Assembly (NCBI RefSeq): GCF_018350175.1
Contig: NC_058368.1
Location: forward strand, 148,740,001 to 148,804,000
Direction: 5' to 3'
Length of the DNA stretch: 64,000 bases
From: Felis catus
Lineage: Eukaryota
How positions within the stretch are numbered: position 1 is the first letter of the stretch; each line of letters opens with the position of its first letter. The notes beneath the pieces are model-generated. The model did not search any database. It was not told where the DNA came from and saw only the letters and a list, made by a program, of their open reading frames with translations. Below, piece after piece: positions 1 through 13,515 of the stretch. The position numbers and the translations under genes are program-made.

Positions 1-1160
1 TTTTATTCCATTGGTCTGTGTCTGTTTTTGTGCCAATACCATACTGTCTTGATGATTATAGCTTCATAGTAGAGGCTACAGTCTGGGATTGTGATGCCTC
101 TTGCTTTGGTTTTCTTTTTCAACATTTCTTTGGCTATTTGGAGTCTTTTTGTGGTTCCATACAAATTTTAGGACTCTTTGTTCTAGCTCTGAGAAGAACG
201 CTGGTAAAATTTGGATTGGGATTGCATTGAATGTGTAGATTGCTTTGGGTTGTATTGACATTTTAACAATATTTGTTAATGCATTTGTGCATGGAATGTT
301 TTCCATTTCTTTGTGTCTTCTTCAGTTTCTTACATGAAAAGATGCTCAACATCGCTCATCATCAGGGAAATACAAATCAAAACCACACTGAGGTACCACC
401 TCACACTGGTCAGAGTGGCTAAAATTAGGAAACAACAGATGTTGGCAAGGATGTGGAGAAATGGGAACCCTCTTTCACTATTTGTGGAATAGCAAACTGG
501 GGCAGCCACTCTGGAAAATAGTGTGAAGGTTCCTCAAAAAATTAAAAATAGAATTACCCTACAGCCCAGCAATAGCACTACTAGGAATTTGTCCAAAGGA
601 TACTGGATTACTGATTCATAGGGGCACATGTTTATAGGAGCACTATCAATAATAGCCAAATTATAGAGTAATCCCAAATGTCCATCAACTGATGAGTGGA
701 TAAAGAAGATGTGGTTTATATACAATGGAACACTACTTGGCAATAAGAAGGAATGAAATCATGCCAATGTGGATGGAACTGGAGGGTATTATGCTAAGTG
801 AAATAAGTCAGTCAGAGAAAGACAGATATCATATGTTTTCACTCATATGTGGAATTTAAGAAACAAAACAGAAACCATAGAGGAAGGGAAGGGGAAAAAA
901 TAGTTTCAAACAGAGAGGGAGGCAAATCATAACAGACTCTTAAATACAGAGAACAAACTGATGATTGATATGTGGGGGGGAGGGGAAAATGGGTGATGGG
1001 CATTGAGGAGGGCACTTGTTGGGATGAGCTGGGTGTTGTTATGTAAGTCATGAATCATGGGAATCTACTCCTGAAACCAAGAGTACACTGTATACACTGT
1101 ATGTTAACTAACTTGATAATAAATTATATTAAATAAATAAATAAATGCAAATGGAAAAAC
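1..1160 (+). mobile_element. L1 3' portion with 5' inversion (1-331 antisense ORF2; 332-1160 sense ORF2 end, 3'UTR and A-rich tail); continues beyond the left edge
   Basis: Minus ORF 76..306 ([20 protein letters not shown]) is L1 ORF2. Orientation flips at about 332 to ACATGAAAAGATGCTCAAC, followed by a carnivore L1 3'UTR and an (AAAT)n tail. Confidence 0.9.
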
Positions 1161-1269
1161 AAATTAAAACACCTAGCTTGTAAGACAGTTAATTTTAATT
1201 AGTTTATATACAGGAGGAAACCATCTTTTATAGTTAAATAGCTGTGACCATATGTGTGGCAATATTCTT

Positions 1270-2416
1270 TTTAGTTATTCTTTTTCAAATTTTTATTTAT
1301 ATTGTAGTTACTTAACATGTAGGGCAATATTGTTTTGAGGAGTAGAATTTAGTGATTCATGACTTACATAAAACAGCCAGTGCTCATCACAAGTGCCCTC
1401 CTTAATACCCATCACCCATTTAGCCCAAATCCCACCCACCTAGCCTCCAGAAACCTACAGTTTGTTTTCTATAGTTAAGAGTCTCATAGTTTGCTTCCTT
1501 TTTTCCCCCTTCCTCTATGTTCATCTGTTTTCTTAAATTCCACATATGAGTGAAATCATATGGTATTTGTCTTTCTTTGACTGACTTATTTCACTTAGCA
1601 TAATACATTCTAGCTCCATCCACATCCTTGCAAATGGCAATATTGAATTATTTTGCTGGCTGAGTAATATTCCACTGTATATGTATGCCACCTCTTCTTT
1701 ATCCATTCATCAGTAGAAGGACATTTAGGCTCTTTCCATAGTTTGACTACTATTGATAGCGCTGCTATAAATATCAGGGTGCATGTACACCTCCAAATCA
1801 GTATTTTTATATCCTTTCTGTAAATACCTAGTTAGTGAAGTTGTTCGGTCATAGGGTAGTTCCATTTTTATCTTTTTGAGGAACCTCCATACTATCTCCA
1901 ACGTGGCTGCACCAGTTTTCATTCCCACCAGCAGTGCAAGAGGGTTCTTCTTTCTCCACATTCTCACCAACATCTGTTGTTTCCTGTCTTGTTAATTTTA
2001 GCCATTCTGACAGGTGTGAGGTGGTATCTCATCATGGTTTTGATTTGTATTTCTCTGATGATGAGTGATGTTGAGCATCTTTTCATGTGTCTGTTAGCCA
2101 TCTGGATTACTTCTTTGGAAAAATGTCCGTTCATGTCTTCTACCCATTTCTTAACTGTATTATTTATTTTGGCATATTATGTTTGATAAGTTCTTCATAG
2201 ATGTTAGATACTAGCCTCATATCAGGTATGTAATTTGAAAATATCTTCTCCCATTCTGTAGGTTGCCTTTTAGTTTTTTTGATTGTTTTATTTGCTGTGC
2301 ATAGGTTTTTTATCTTGATGAGATTCCAATAGTTCATTTTTGCTTTTGTTTCCCTTGCCTCCAGAGACATGTCTAGTAACAATTTACTATGGCCAAGGTT
2401 AAAGAGGTTGCTGTGT
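1270..2416 (-). mobile_element. 5'-truncated L1 (carnivore type)
   Basis: ORF2 C-terminal remnants ([18 protein letters not shown]) plus 3'UTR. TSD GCAATATTCTT at 1259-1269 and 2417-2427. Confidence 0.92.
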
Positions 2417-2519
2417 GCAATATTCTTCGAAGAAATTACTCAGATTGGAGAGGTTATATTTAACTATTGGGGTAGTTTCTGTTTATCTTAACAAAATAGA
2501 GAATTCTACAACTTCATTG

Positions 2520-4258
2520 GTGTGTGTGTGTGTGTGTGTGTGTGTACCATCTCTTCTGTATCCATTCATCAATCAATGTACATCTGTGCCCTTTCCATAA
2601 TTAGGTTATTGTTGATAGCACTGCTATAAACATTGGGGATCATGTGTTCCTTTGAATCAGCATTTTTGTATCCTTTGGATAAATACCTACTAGTGCAACT
2701 GCTGAGTCTCAGGGTGGTTCTACTTTTAATTTTTTGAGGAGTCTCCATACTCTTTCCCAGAGTGGCTGCACCAATTTTCATTTCCACCAACAGTGCAAAA
2801 GTATCCCCTTTTTCTGCATCCTTGCCAACATCTGTGGTTTCCTGAGTTATTCATTTTAGCCATCCTGATAGGTTTGAGGTGGTATCTCGTTGTGGTTTTG
2901 ATTAGTATTTCCCTCATGATGACTGATGTTGGGCATCTTTTCATGTATCTGTTAGCCATCTGGAATTCTTCTTTGGAAAAGTGTCTGTTCATGTCTTTTG
3001 TCAATTTCTTCAATGGATTATTTGTTTTTTGGGTGTTCAGTTTTATTTATAGATTTGGGATACTAATCCTTTATCCAATATGTCATTTGCAAATATCTTC
3101 TCCCTTTTTGTTGTTTGCTTTTAGTTTTGTTGATTGTTTCCTTCACTGTACACAGGACTTTTATTTTGATGAGGTCCCAATAGTTCATTTTTGCTTTTGT
3201 TTCCCTTCCTTCCAGAGACAGGTCTAGTAAAAAAAAATTTCTGCGGCTGAAGTAAAAGAGGTTGTTTCCTGTTTTCTCTTCTACGGTTTTGATGGTTTCC
3301 TGTCTTGCTTTTAGGTCTTTCATCCATTTTGAAATTATTTTTGCATATGGTGTAAGGAAATGTCCAGGTTCATTCTTCTGCATGTTGTTGTCCACTTTTC
3401 CTAACACCATTTGCTGAAGAGACTGTCTTTATTCTATTGAATATTCTTTCCTGCTTTGTTGAAGATTAGTTAGCCATACATTTGTGGGTCCATTTCTGGG
3501 TTCTCTGTCTTATTCCACTGATCGGTGTGTCTGTTTTTGTGCCAATACCATACTTTCTTAATGATTACAATTTTGTAATACAGATTGAAGTCTGTAATTG
3601 TGATGCCTCCAGCTTTGATTTTCTTTTTCAACATTGCTTTGGCTATTTGGGGTCTTTTCTGGTTCCAGCTCTATGTAAATGCTAGTTTTTAGGATTTTTA
3701 GGATTGTTTGTTCCAGCTCTATGTAAATGCTAGTTTTATTCTGATAGGCATTGCAATGTATGTGTGGATTGTTTTGGGTAGTATTGACATTTTAACAATA
3801 TTTGTTATTCCAATCCATGAGCATGGAATGTTTTTCCATTTCTTTGCATTTTCTTCAATTTCTTTCATAAGATCTCTGGAATTCATAGCCTCAGCAATCA
3901 GACACGAAAAAAGAAATAAAAGGCAACCAAATGAGAATGGAAGAAGTCAAACTTTCACTCTTTATAGACATAATACTCTATGTGAAAAACTCAAAAGACT
4001 CCACCAAAAAACTGCTAGTACCAATACATGAATTCAGCAAAGTCACAGGATATAAACATAAAGAAATCAGTTGCATTTCTATATACCAGGAACAAAGCAG
4101 CAGAAAGAGAAATCAAGGAATTGATACCATTTACAATTGCATTAAAAACTATAAAATACCTAGGAATAAACCTAACCAATGAGGTAAAAAGATCTATGAT
4201 GTAACTATTGAAAGCTTATGAGAGAAAATGAAGAAGACATAAAGAAATGGAAAAAAAT
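2520..4258 (-). mobile_element. L1 ORF2 fragment with 5' inversion (2520-3871 minus; 3872-4258 plus); 3'UTR missing
   Basis: Minus ORFs 2726..3013 and 3063..3410 and plus ORF 3931..4182 (EEVKLSLFIDIILYVKN, degenerate FADD RT motif) are adjacent ORF2 segments in opposite orientation. Confidence 0.9.
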
Positions 4259-4261
4259 TCA

Positions 4262-4860
4262 TCTTACAGTTCTAATAGTTGCATTAGATGCACTTGAATT
4301 TTCTACATATACCATAACATTATCTGTAAATAAATATAATTTTCCTTCTCTTTTTAAATCTTAATGCCCTTTATTTCTTTTGTCCATTGTAATATTAAAT
4401 AGGAATCATTGAGAGAAATCATCCTTGCCCTGGTCTTGATATTAGGAGAGGGAGATATACTTAGTTGCACACCATTAAGTATGATACTACAGATTTTTTG
4501 TTTTTATTTATTTTTCAACAGATGCCCTGTACCAAGTTGAAAGCATTTATTTCTTCTCCAAGTTTGCTGAAAGTTTTTATCATAAATGAGTGATGTATTT
4601 AGTCAAAGACTTCATCTACTTCTATTGAAATGATGTGTTTTTTGTGTGTTTGTTTGTCCTACTTACACTATAAATTACATTCAGTGGTTTTCAAATGTTA
4701 AAGCAACATAGTATTAGAATAAAACCCTCTTTCAGCAAGTATTATTTTATATGTTGGTATATTCAATATGTTCCTAGCTTATAAGGATTTTCCATCTAAG
4801 TCCATGAGAAATATTAGTAATTGTCATCACTTATAATGTCTTGGTCAGGTTTGGTATCAT
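4262..4860 (-). mobile_element. Ancient L1M ORF2 relic
   Basis: Degenerate antisense ORF2 motifs (ATCCTTGCCCTGGTCTTGATATTAGG, ACCATTAAGTATGAT, AGTTTGCTGAAAGTTTTTATCATAAATG). Confidence 0.7.
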
Positions 4861-7859
4861 TTTTTGACATCTTTGGAAAATATAAATAACTTTAAGTACT
4901 GGAAGCTAATGATATTGACTGCCAATCTCATCAGCTATAAATTTTTGTGACTACTTACAATCATAAAAATAAAAGCAATCACAAAAAATAATTTGGCTCA
5001 ATTTTCCTTCTTCACTGTTGGTCATATATTATTTGTGAAACATTTCACAAGTTTCAAGCATATTTAAAACATGCTAGATATTGGGACTCCATTACAAAGA
5101 CTGAGAAAAGGTGAATAAACATAACCACTTTTACTATCCAATTTCATTGTTTAAGAAATAACCATTATTGTAAATTGAGTGAAATTATTTAACTGAGTGT
5201 ATCTGAAATTAAGTAAAAGTGATTCCTAAAATTTTAAATGGTTTTATAAGAAAAGGTGTTTTGGCACGCTAAGAATAGAATGTAAATGTCAATCATAGCA
5301 TGTTTTTTTTTTCCTCACAAGTTAATAATGAACTCAAATGTTCAAGGTACACTTGATTACAGATTTATTTACCTCATGTATATAATATTTCACTAAGTAA
5401 CTGAGTTTTATAACAAGGAAAGAAAGTTTAAACTTTATAATGCAAAGTGATATCATGAGTACCATTATAGGCATAAGAGTATTTAAATGTCTCACTACTA
5501 AAAATATAACCCTTTATTAGAGTTTTTCATAGGAATTATTTTGGCTATCCTTATTTTATAAAAAAGCTTTGTGTAAACATTTTAAATAAATATACCATTA
5601 TATTCAAAAAGGAATTAAATTACCAGGGCAATGGTAGGAAGACTATATAATGGTATGACTTTGTCTATATCATTAGATTTAAGATAAAGATGTTTCTGTG
5701 TAATAAACCTGAAATAAAATATAATTTATTTTGTATACCATGTGACACCACTGACACGAAGCAGATTTATACATAAAAAACAAAGGCACAGGAAAGGCAT
5801 CAGGAATGCAACTGCAGAGTCACTTTGAGTCACAGTAAGGATCTGTAAAAATAAAATTAACCTCCTGGAACCCAAGTAGCCTCAGGATATACATTCTCAA
5901 AAAACGTTAAATGATACCATTGTTTTGACAGTGAGTGCTTTAAATAAAGAAAGGAAAAGTGATTTATTCCCCATGCATTTAATATAACTCTTGATATTTA
6001 AAAACATAAATATATAAGTTTTTCAAACTTATTTTTCTTCTTGAACTAAATAGATGTAACTGTGATCACTCCATCTTTCAGAGAACAGTAACCCCTAAAC
6101 TCTAACAGCCGTAACTACACAGATCAAGTGGGGTTTTTATGCTCCTAAGCCTTGGACCTGTAAACTTATGAAGAAGTTGGTCCTGCCAATGAGAAACAAA
6201 TCTGAAATTGTGGAAGGTCCTTTCCTCCCAACTCTAGGTATTTTAGCAAAGAACCAAGTCAGCTGTCTCATCATAGCTAAGCAATAAAGAGATAAGTAGT
6301 CACAAACCATGGGGCACAGGCATATATGTCACTAGTTTAATATAAAATCTGGTTTATTTGGAAAAGTGGATAAGCCTAAACAATCAAATAGACCTAATTC
6401 ATCTTAAAAATAACAAGAAGAGAGAAGGAACTCAAGTCCCAATATCAGTACAGGGGAAAGGTTCTTATCTCATTGGCCTAGTTCCCAGAAGACATTTCCA
6501 CTATTGTTAATGATAGGATTATGGTTTGTTTGCTTGTTTTTCACATATCACACTTATGCAAGCCACCCTTATAGACAATCTTCAGAAATACTACAGGAAG
6601 CTCATATTCGGCAATGGAATATCCCAATTATATTGTCTTGATTATAATGTAAATGCAGTACTTATTCCTTTACTGAACTACACAGAATGGGAAGAGTAGT
6701 AGGTGGGTTATTTTGCCAATTAAATAGGCTATATAATTTCTTGGGTGGATCTCTTGGTTATTTTAAGGACGGCTCCCGACTTGATAAAATCTTAAGATTC
6801 AGCTGTCTTTCTCTAGATGAGAAATTTTACTAACATATCCTACCTTATCTAAATAATTAATTAGGGATGAGATAGGTGAGCAAATAAAAGAGGAAGTGTT
6901 TCTCTCACTTCACCTTTTTTGCTTCTACCTTTCTTTTCTTGTTCCTTTTGTTGTTCCTGTGCTTCCCAGGTTGTTACACATCCAGCAAAAGAAAAAATTA
7001 AAATAAAAATAGTCACCTTCCACTCTAATTTCATTCTGCCTTAACACTGAAGAGCCCAATCCTCTATAAGACAGTAAGCACTTAGGATAAACAAAAACTC
7101 TCTACTTCAGCATATCAAATAGAAATGAAAACCGCATCTATCTTTGCTCATTTTTATTGCTGATGAAATTAGGGGGGCATAACTGGTATCAGTACATTTG
7201 AAATGCAACATAAAGTTATATGTTCCATATGAAATAATTGAATTCAAATTCATATTCTTGACAAGAACAATAAAGGATACAGTATAGGTTTCATCCAATG
7301 AATTATTTACTTCACAGTAATTTTGCAATTGGCATCATGTAAGTTTCTGGGGATAGGTCATGGAAGTAAATGTGCGTCTGGGGTAAAGGTACATGAACCT
7401 CAATGGACTGGAGACCTATGAGGACTTCATTAGAAATTACATTCAACTAATACCAACTTTTTGTAGGAATCTAAATTAAGGTAAACAGATCCCAGAGGGG
7501 AGTAATAATTAAGAAGCACAGACCATGAATATGAAGTAGACAAAGGTATTAGAATCCTCTTTGTGATAGTTCAATGATGAATGGACAAAAGATCATAATA
7601 CTGTTCTGTCTCATAATACATTCTAAATAGATATGAGAGCTCGGGATCAAACAGAAGGAAGAAGGAAATTGATGTATCCCTGAATTCCATTTAATTCCTA
7701 TGAAAAATATGTTAGGAGACTGATAAATAGTAGCTAGGTTAAATGTCTGGGTAGGTGGAAAGGCCATTTCAAGTAAAAATGTGCTAATGTCCAGACAGAG
7801 CATGGGAGCTTTTTAACTGTACTCTTTTCCTTTTCTTACACTTTCCTAGACAGACCATT

Positions 7860-8283
7860 TACAGCCCCCAGTGCACCACAATGTTAAAAAATAAATAAAA
7901 AAAAATTAAAAAGCACAGTAGCCTAGCCTGGAAACAGCCTCAGCATTCTTTTATGAAGCATAGTCAGGATGTATGGGGGTAGAGGTTAATACATTCAGAG
8001 CATCCTCATCCAATGGGAGATGGCTGCCTTGGAAGAATGCTCAGTGCTCCTTCTGAAGAATTAAACAAATCAGCGAGGCACTTCTCAGGGGTCTCTGTTG
8101 AATCAAACCCCATTGTTCATAGCAGTGACTTCAATAATGCACAATTTGTTGCCTTTTTCTCCATCTCTTCCTCAGTTTCCCTGCTGCCTCTCCAGTGTTT
8201 CCTGGAATAACCTCCCGGATAGACTCCCTGCCCATAAGCTTTTATCTCAGGCTCTGGTTTATGGTGGATCACAAAGCAAGACA
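7860..8283 (+). mobile_element. Old ERVL-type LTR relic (LTR16-like)
   Basis: The 3' end TTCCTGGAATAACCTCCC...TCTCAGGCTCTGGTTT...CAAAGCAAGACA resembles the LTR16 terminus. The 5' boundary is approximate. Confidence 0.6.
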
Positions 8284-8740
8284 TATTTCTCCCAAAGACT
8301 TCAATCACAGCACTAACAATGTTAACTTTTTTCTTTTTTAATCTATTACTCCTTGTCTTTTGTTTCTTTCAAAAAACATTCTAATTATTTTCAAGAAATT
8401 TCTGAGGACCACTTAGTTCTCTCAAAATGTATATGTCAAATAATCCTAAATTGATTTCCCTCTAAATTTTTTAATCCTGCATTTCTTAATTCAATAAATA
8501 GCATCACTATTCACCAATACAAAACCACACAACTTGGAGATTTTGCCCCTCCTCACTGTCCTTCACAAGCAAAATCCTGATGTTTCTTCTTCACAAACAT
8601 CTCCAAAATCTTGGCCTTTTCCTTCACCTCCATTGCCATTTCTGTAGAATTCCGCACTTGTCATGGGCAGATTCTTGCCTGTGGATATATTTGTGTGTGG
8701 CCATACAATGTTTTTTTTTAAAGATTAGAATTCTAATGCA

Positions 8741-8971
8741 TTTTATTTTATTTTATTTTATTTTTGATGTTTATTTATGTTTGAGAGACAAAGAAAGAGG
8801 GACAGAGTGAGAGTAGGGAGAGCAGAGAGCGAAGGAGACACAGAATCCGAAGCAGGCTCCAGGCTCTGAGCTGTCAGCCCAAAGCCTGAAGAAGGGCCCT
8901 AACTCCTGGACCATAAGATCATGACCTGAACCAAAGATGGACACTTTACCAACTGAACACCCAGGTGCCCC
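8741..8971 (-). mobile_element. Can-SINE (SINEC_Fc type)
   Basis: Reverse complement of the GGGGCACCTGG head, CT-rich body and A-tail. TSD TAATGCATTT. Confidence 0.95.
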
Positions 8972-10629
8972 TTAATGCATTTAATTTTAATACATTACTA
9001 GGTTTCTACTTTCAATTTTATTTATTATTTTTTTTAAATAACATCCCCTTCTTATAATAACTTAGTCATCAGTAGTGGCCTCACCATGCTCCTTCATGCC
9101 TTCATGTGGTTACTATGTTCACATTACCAAGAATAGCCTTTTTCTCAATATTGTACCCCGTGAATTGCTAATTTTCCAAGGCCCAATTTCATAGTATGTG
9201 CTTAGTGATTTAACATGGGTGTGCGCTCACTTTTGCCCTATCATAGTAATATTTGTATAATGTTCTACAACATATCAATACAGTATCATTATTTTTATTC
9301 TCTGCCAACAGAATATAAATTTCTTTATCCTGATTATGTTTGTATTTCTAATACCCATTATTTCCTTCACACATAATAGGAGTTTAGTAAAAGTTTAAAA
9401 TATAAGACAATGACTATAAATAATAAAATAGTTACCTTTTTTCCCAAACTTGTCTACTAAGAAATCAAAATAAAATTCATTATTACAATATAGCAATTTA
9501 TATACATCAGATGACAGGCTTTTTTTTTTAGTTTGTTCCAATTAGTGATTATAATTTTATTATGTTACTACATTATAGGTAATTTTGTGAAGAAAAAAAG
9601 CTATTGGGAATAAAGGTTATAAAAATCAGTTAAGTTCCACATGTATCTCTTCAAAATCAGCAAGCACCTTTTCTCCTATAAATGTGAGTGTTTGGTTTTT
9701 GTCTCAAGATATTTCCAATGAAGTGCTGGGGGAAGTAATAACCAAAATAGGACAAAAGAGATGGACAGTAGGTTCTCTAAAAGAGCACCATGAGTCTGGT
9801 GTGAAGTCTACACCTTTTGCAGAATAGAGAAAGCGACAAATATTCCAGGCCCAGTGCAAGCCAGTCCTTTGTGACACATTAATTGGCTCCTTATGGATGC
9901 CTCTGTGTCAGAAGGAGAGGAAAATTGTGACAGAAATTAAAAACAAACAAACAAACAAATAAAAACAAAAACCAAAAAACCCTGGGATCACAAGTAATTT
10001 TCTTTTGAGACTTCCCTTCCTCCCTAAGATGTTGAAGTTAATAAGAGGACACCATTTTCTTTGTCTTCTAAGAGGACAAGATTTTACTCTCCTTCCTCAC
10101 CTTTACTCCAGCCTGGTGGGATGAGGTCTTAACACTTTGCATGATGTAACCAGTGAGCTCTGCTTGGATAAACTATTAGTAGGACCTACCTAAAATACAC
10201 AGTATTTTAGCATATCTCTTTATGACCTTTTTGATGCCCTATGCTAAACTATGGCAACCTATGATTTAGCCCTGATCTAGATTGTAAGACAAAATCTCTC
10301 CTTAAGTATTGGAAATATGGGGAAGAGTTAAAATATCTAATTGAGTTTTGGAGGGGCCACAAAGAATGTCATCCTTAAAGAATCAAGGCAGAGAATTTGG
10401 CGTAGGGACAAAAAAAAAAAGGAGTTCGTAACTGGATCTGTGACATAAAATGAACTATTGGTCTATGAGGAACAATTTAGACAAATAATTGGTATGGGGC
10501 AAAAGAGTAGGAAGTTAGAAGTGGACCTGCAGTAATATCGCTTGTTGTCCTACTCTTTTCCCCAATAACAGTCATTCTTTGAAGTCATTGCCTGCTCATT
10601 GCTAATTTTAAATATCACCCTAATCACCT

Positions 10630-10979
10630 CCCTCGCCACCACTGACAGTCCACCCACCAATCCCTTAAGGCTCACTTGTGGTGGCCCTCAGCCTAACTTG
10701 TCTCTTAGGCCAGAGTGGGTCCAGGTCCCACACAATAAAGGTCTGTCTCCCTGATGATGGTCCTAGAACTCCAGAACACAAAGGCACAATCATTTCTTCT
10801 GAGGCTATGACCACTCCTAACATGCACTTGTCTGAATCACCCTCGCAAGGCTACTTGTAGTAGCTGTTGACTCTGCAGTGTACGACTCACCTGTTTTACT
10901 ATCTTTGCTGGTAGCTGGCTGTTACTGCTGGTCTTTCTGGATACCAACTGCCTTCTAATACCAATTCCTTGTAACCACA
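10630..10979 (+). mobile_element. Probable ancient LTR relic (family not assigned)
   Basis: GC-elevated block ending ...GTAACCACA. Recognition is weak. Confidence 0.35.
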
Positions 10980-11710
10980 GATTCTAAGGTCCAAACCAAT
11001 TATTTTTTTTCTTTCTGCGGGTTATTTTTCCTCTCTAAAAATAATATCTTCAGACACTTTTTCGCTGTTTCTATTTATGATGATGCACATTTTGTAACCT
11101 ATCTCATCTAGCATCAAATTACTCTAGAAAGACCTATGGGGCACTAACAATATTGGAGTATGTAGCTTCTTAGAACAGACTGATAAGGATATATGGTAAG
11201 TATATTGGTACAAAACCAATTAAGGAAAAGAGTAAAGGTGAAAGAAAGAAAAACTAACAGTTGCCAATATAAAACCAGGAAGGAAGAGTAAGTACTTTAC
11301 AGTGAAAAAAACATAGTAGCAGATCAGAAAATAAAATATAGTAATAAGCATGTACATAGGATTGTAGTCTTCAATTTTGCTCTTAAAAAAATGAATCCAA
11401 AGGAAATAAAATCTTCTAACAAGAAAGGGCATAAATCTATTTTTATTGATTTGACTTCAATATTATAACAAAACTACAGACTGAATTGGGGAAACAGGTT
11501 ATTAATCTATGACATTAAAGAAAAACTGGACATTGACTATAATAAAATAAACTTCTGATAAGAAAGATGAACACCTGTTAGAAAAGTGAAACACAGCTCC
11601 TTTATGTATACACATGACTTTAAATGAGTTTTAAGAGGTTGTAGAAATAGCTTCCTTCAAGAACAAATTACAACAGGGTTCATTTCTCTCATATATTGAA
11701 ATTACCTTCA

Positions 11711-11883
11711 GGGGCACCTGGGTGGCTCAGTTGGTTAAGCGTCTAACTTTGGCTCAGGTCATGATCTCATGGTTTGTGAGTTCAAGCCCCACATGAAGCT
11801 CTGTGCTGACAGTTCAGAGCATGGAGCCTGCTTCAGATTCTGTGTCTCCCTCTATCTCTGCTTCTCCCCTCCTCATGCACTTG

Positions 11884-11915
<32 letters not shown>

Positions 11916-11941
11916 AATAAATAAACCTTTTTTAAAAATTA
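11711..11941 (+). mobile_element. Can-SINE (SINEC_Fc type)
   Basis: GGGGCACCTGGGTGGCTCAG head, (CT)n and AATAAA tail. TSD TGAAATTACCTTC. Confidence 0.96.
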
Positions 11942-12472
11942 TGAAATTACCTTCTACCTCAGCATGTATTATCAATTAATACTGATTGCAAATTGTGATG
12001 GGAAAGAATAATTTATACAGAAAAAATAATTCTGGGTATCACACTTAATGTTATTCTCTTAAATGAAATCAGAGGTATTTTAAAGCTATTTTTCTTAAAG
12101 TAATTGTCTTTCCAGTAGAATGAGTTAAATCAGTTATTGACTTTACTTCTGGCATTCCTTAGCTATTCTTATGGGCTAAAACTTTTCTTTTGTATATTCC
12201 ATAACATGAGTTTGTCCTTATGCTACGTCACACATAATTTTTCTGTAGATGGAAAAAGGGTGAATCAGACACTTTGAACCATTTTCTTTCACTTAAAATA
12301 TATCGTATATAGCCTTCCTTTTGGCTCTATTCAATTATCAATTGTCATATAATACTTTTTGAAATTCTTATTAACGTATGTCATAATTCATAATTTTATG
12401 TACAATTTATCCAAAAGTGATGATGTTTTCAGCCTCATATATAACTGCCAGGAAACAACAAAAAAGGTAAAC

Positions 12473-12751
12473 ATCAGATAGCAAGGATGTAGAGAAAGGG
12501 GAACATTGTTGGTGGGAATGCAAACTGATGCAGCCACTCTGAAAAATGGTATAGAGGTTCCTCAAAAGGTAAAGAATAGAACTACCCTACGATTCAGCAA
12601 TTGCACTATTAGGTATTTACCCAAAGGATGTAAAAATTCTCATTCAAAGGGGCACATTCATCCTGATGTTTACAGCAGCATTATCAACAATAGCCAAATT
12701 ATGGAAAGAGTCCAAATGTCCATTGACTGATGAATGAATAAAAGAGAGGTA

Positions 12752-12790
<39 letters not shown>

Positions 12791-13515
12791 TATTAATATT
12801 AATCAAAGAGAGGTAGTGTATATATATATACACATACACATATATATACACACATACACAATGCAATATTACTCAGCCATCAAAAACAATGACATCTTGC
12901 CATTTGCAAGGATGTGGATGGAGCTAGTATGTATTATACTAAGCAAAATAAGTCAATCAAATACAAATACCATATGATTTCACTCATATGTGGAATTTAA
13001 GAAATGAAATAGAGGAATATAGGGGGAAAAAGAGAGAGGAAAACCATAAAGCAGACTCTTTAACTATAAAGAAAAACATTGCTGAAGGGAAGATGGACAG
13101 AGGAATGGGTTAAATAGGTGATGGATAGTAAGGAGGGCACTTTAAACATTTTTTTAAATGTTTATTTATTTTTAAGAGAGAGAGAGAGTGCGATTGCAGG
13201 AGGGATGGGGGCGGGGGGACACAGAATCCGAAGCAGGCTCCAGGCTCTGAGCTGTCAGCACAGAGCCCAACTCTGGGCTCAAACTTACAGACCACTTTGA
13301 CCTGAGCCAAAGTGGACGCTTAACTAACTGAGCCACCGAGGCACCCCTTAAGGAGGGCACCTGTGATGAGCACTGGGTGTTATATGTAAGTTATGAATCA
13401 TTAAATTCTACTTCTGAAAACAATATTACATTATATGTTAACAAGAATTTAAATAAAAACTTTAAACAAATAAATGAAAAAGTGCTACTCAGCAACGAAA
13501 AAATCAAACTTCAGA
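12473..13515 (+). mobile_element. 5'-truncated L1 3' end with internal (TA)n and a nested SINE
   Basis: ORF2 C-terminus and 3'UTR, flanked by AAAAAAGGTAAAC direct repeats. Confidence 0.9.
13141..13347 (-). mobile_element. Can-SINE nested in the L1 3'UTR
   Basis: TSD TAAGGAGGGCAC on both sides. Confidence 0.95.

Noticed and set aside
9709..9827. Exon-like frame ISNEVLGEVITKIGQKRWT after TTTTTGTCTCAAG
   Set aside because: AAG acceptor, only weak donors and no recognisable protein.
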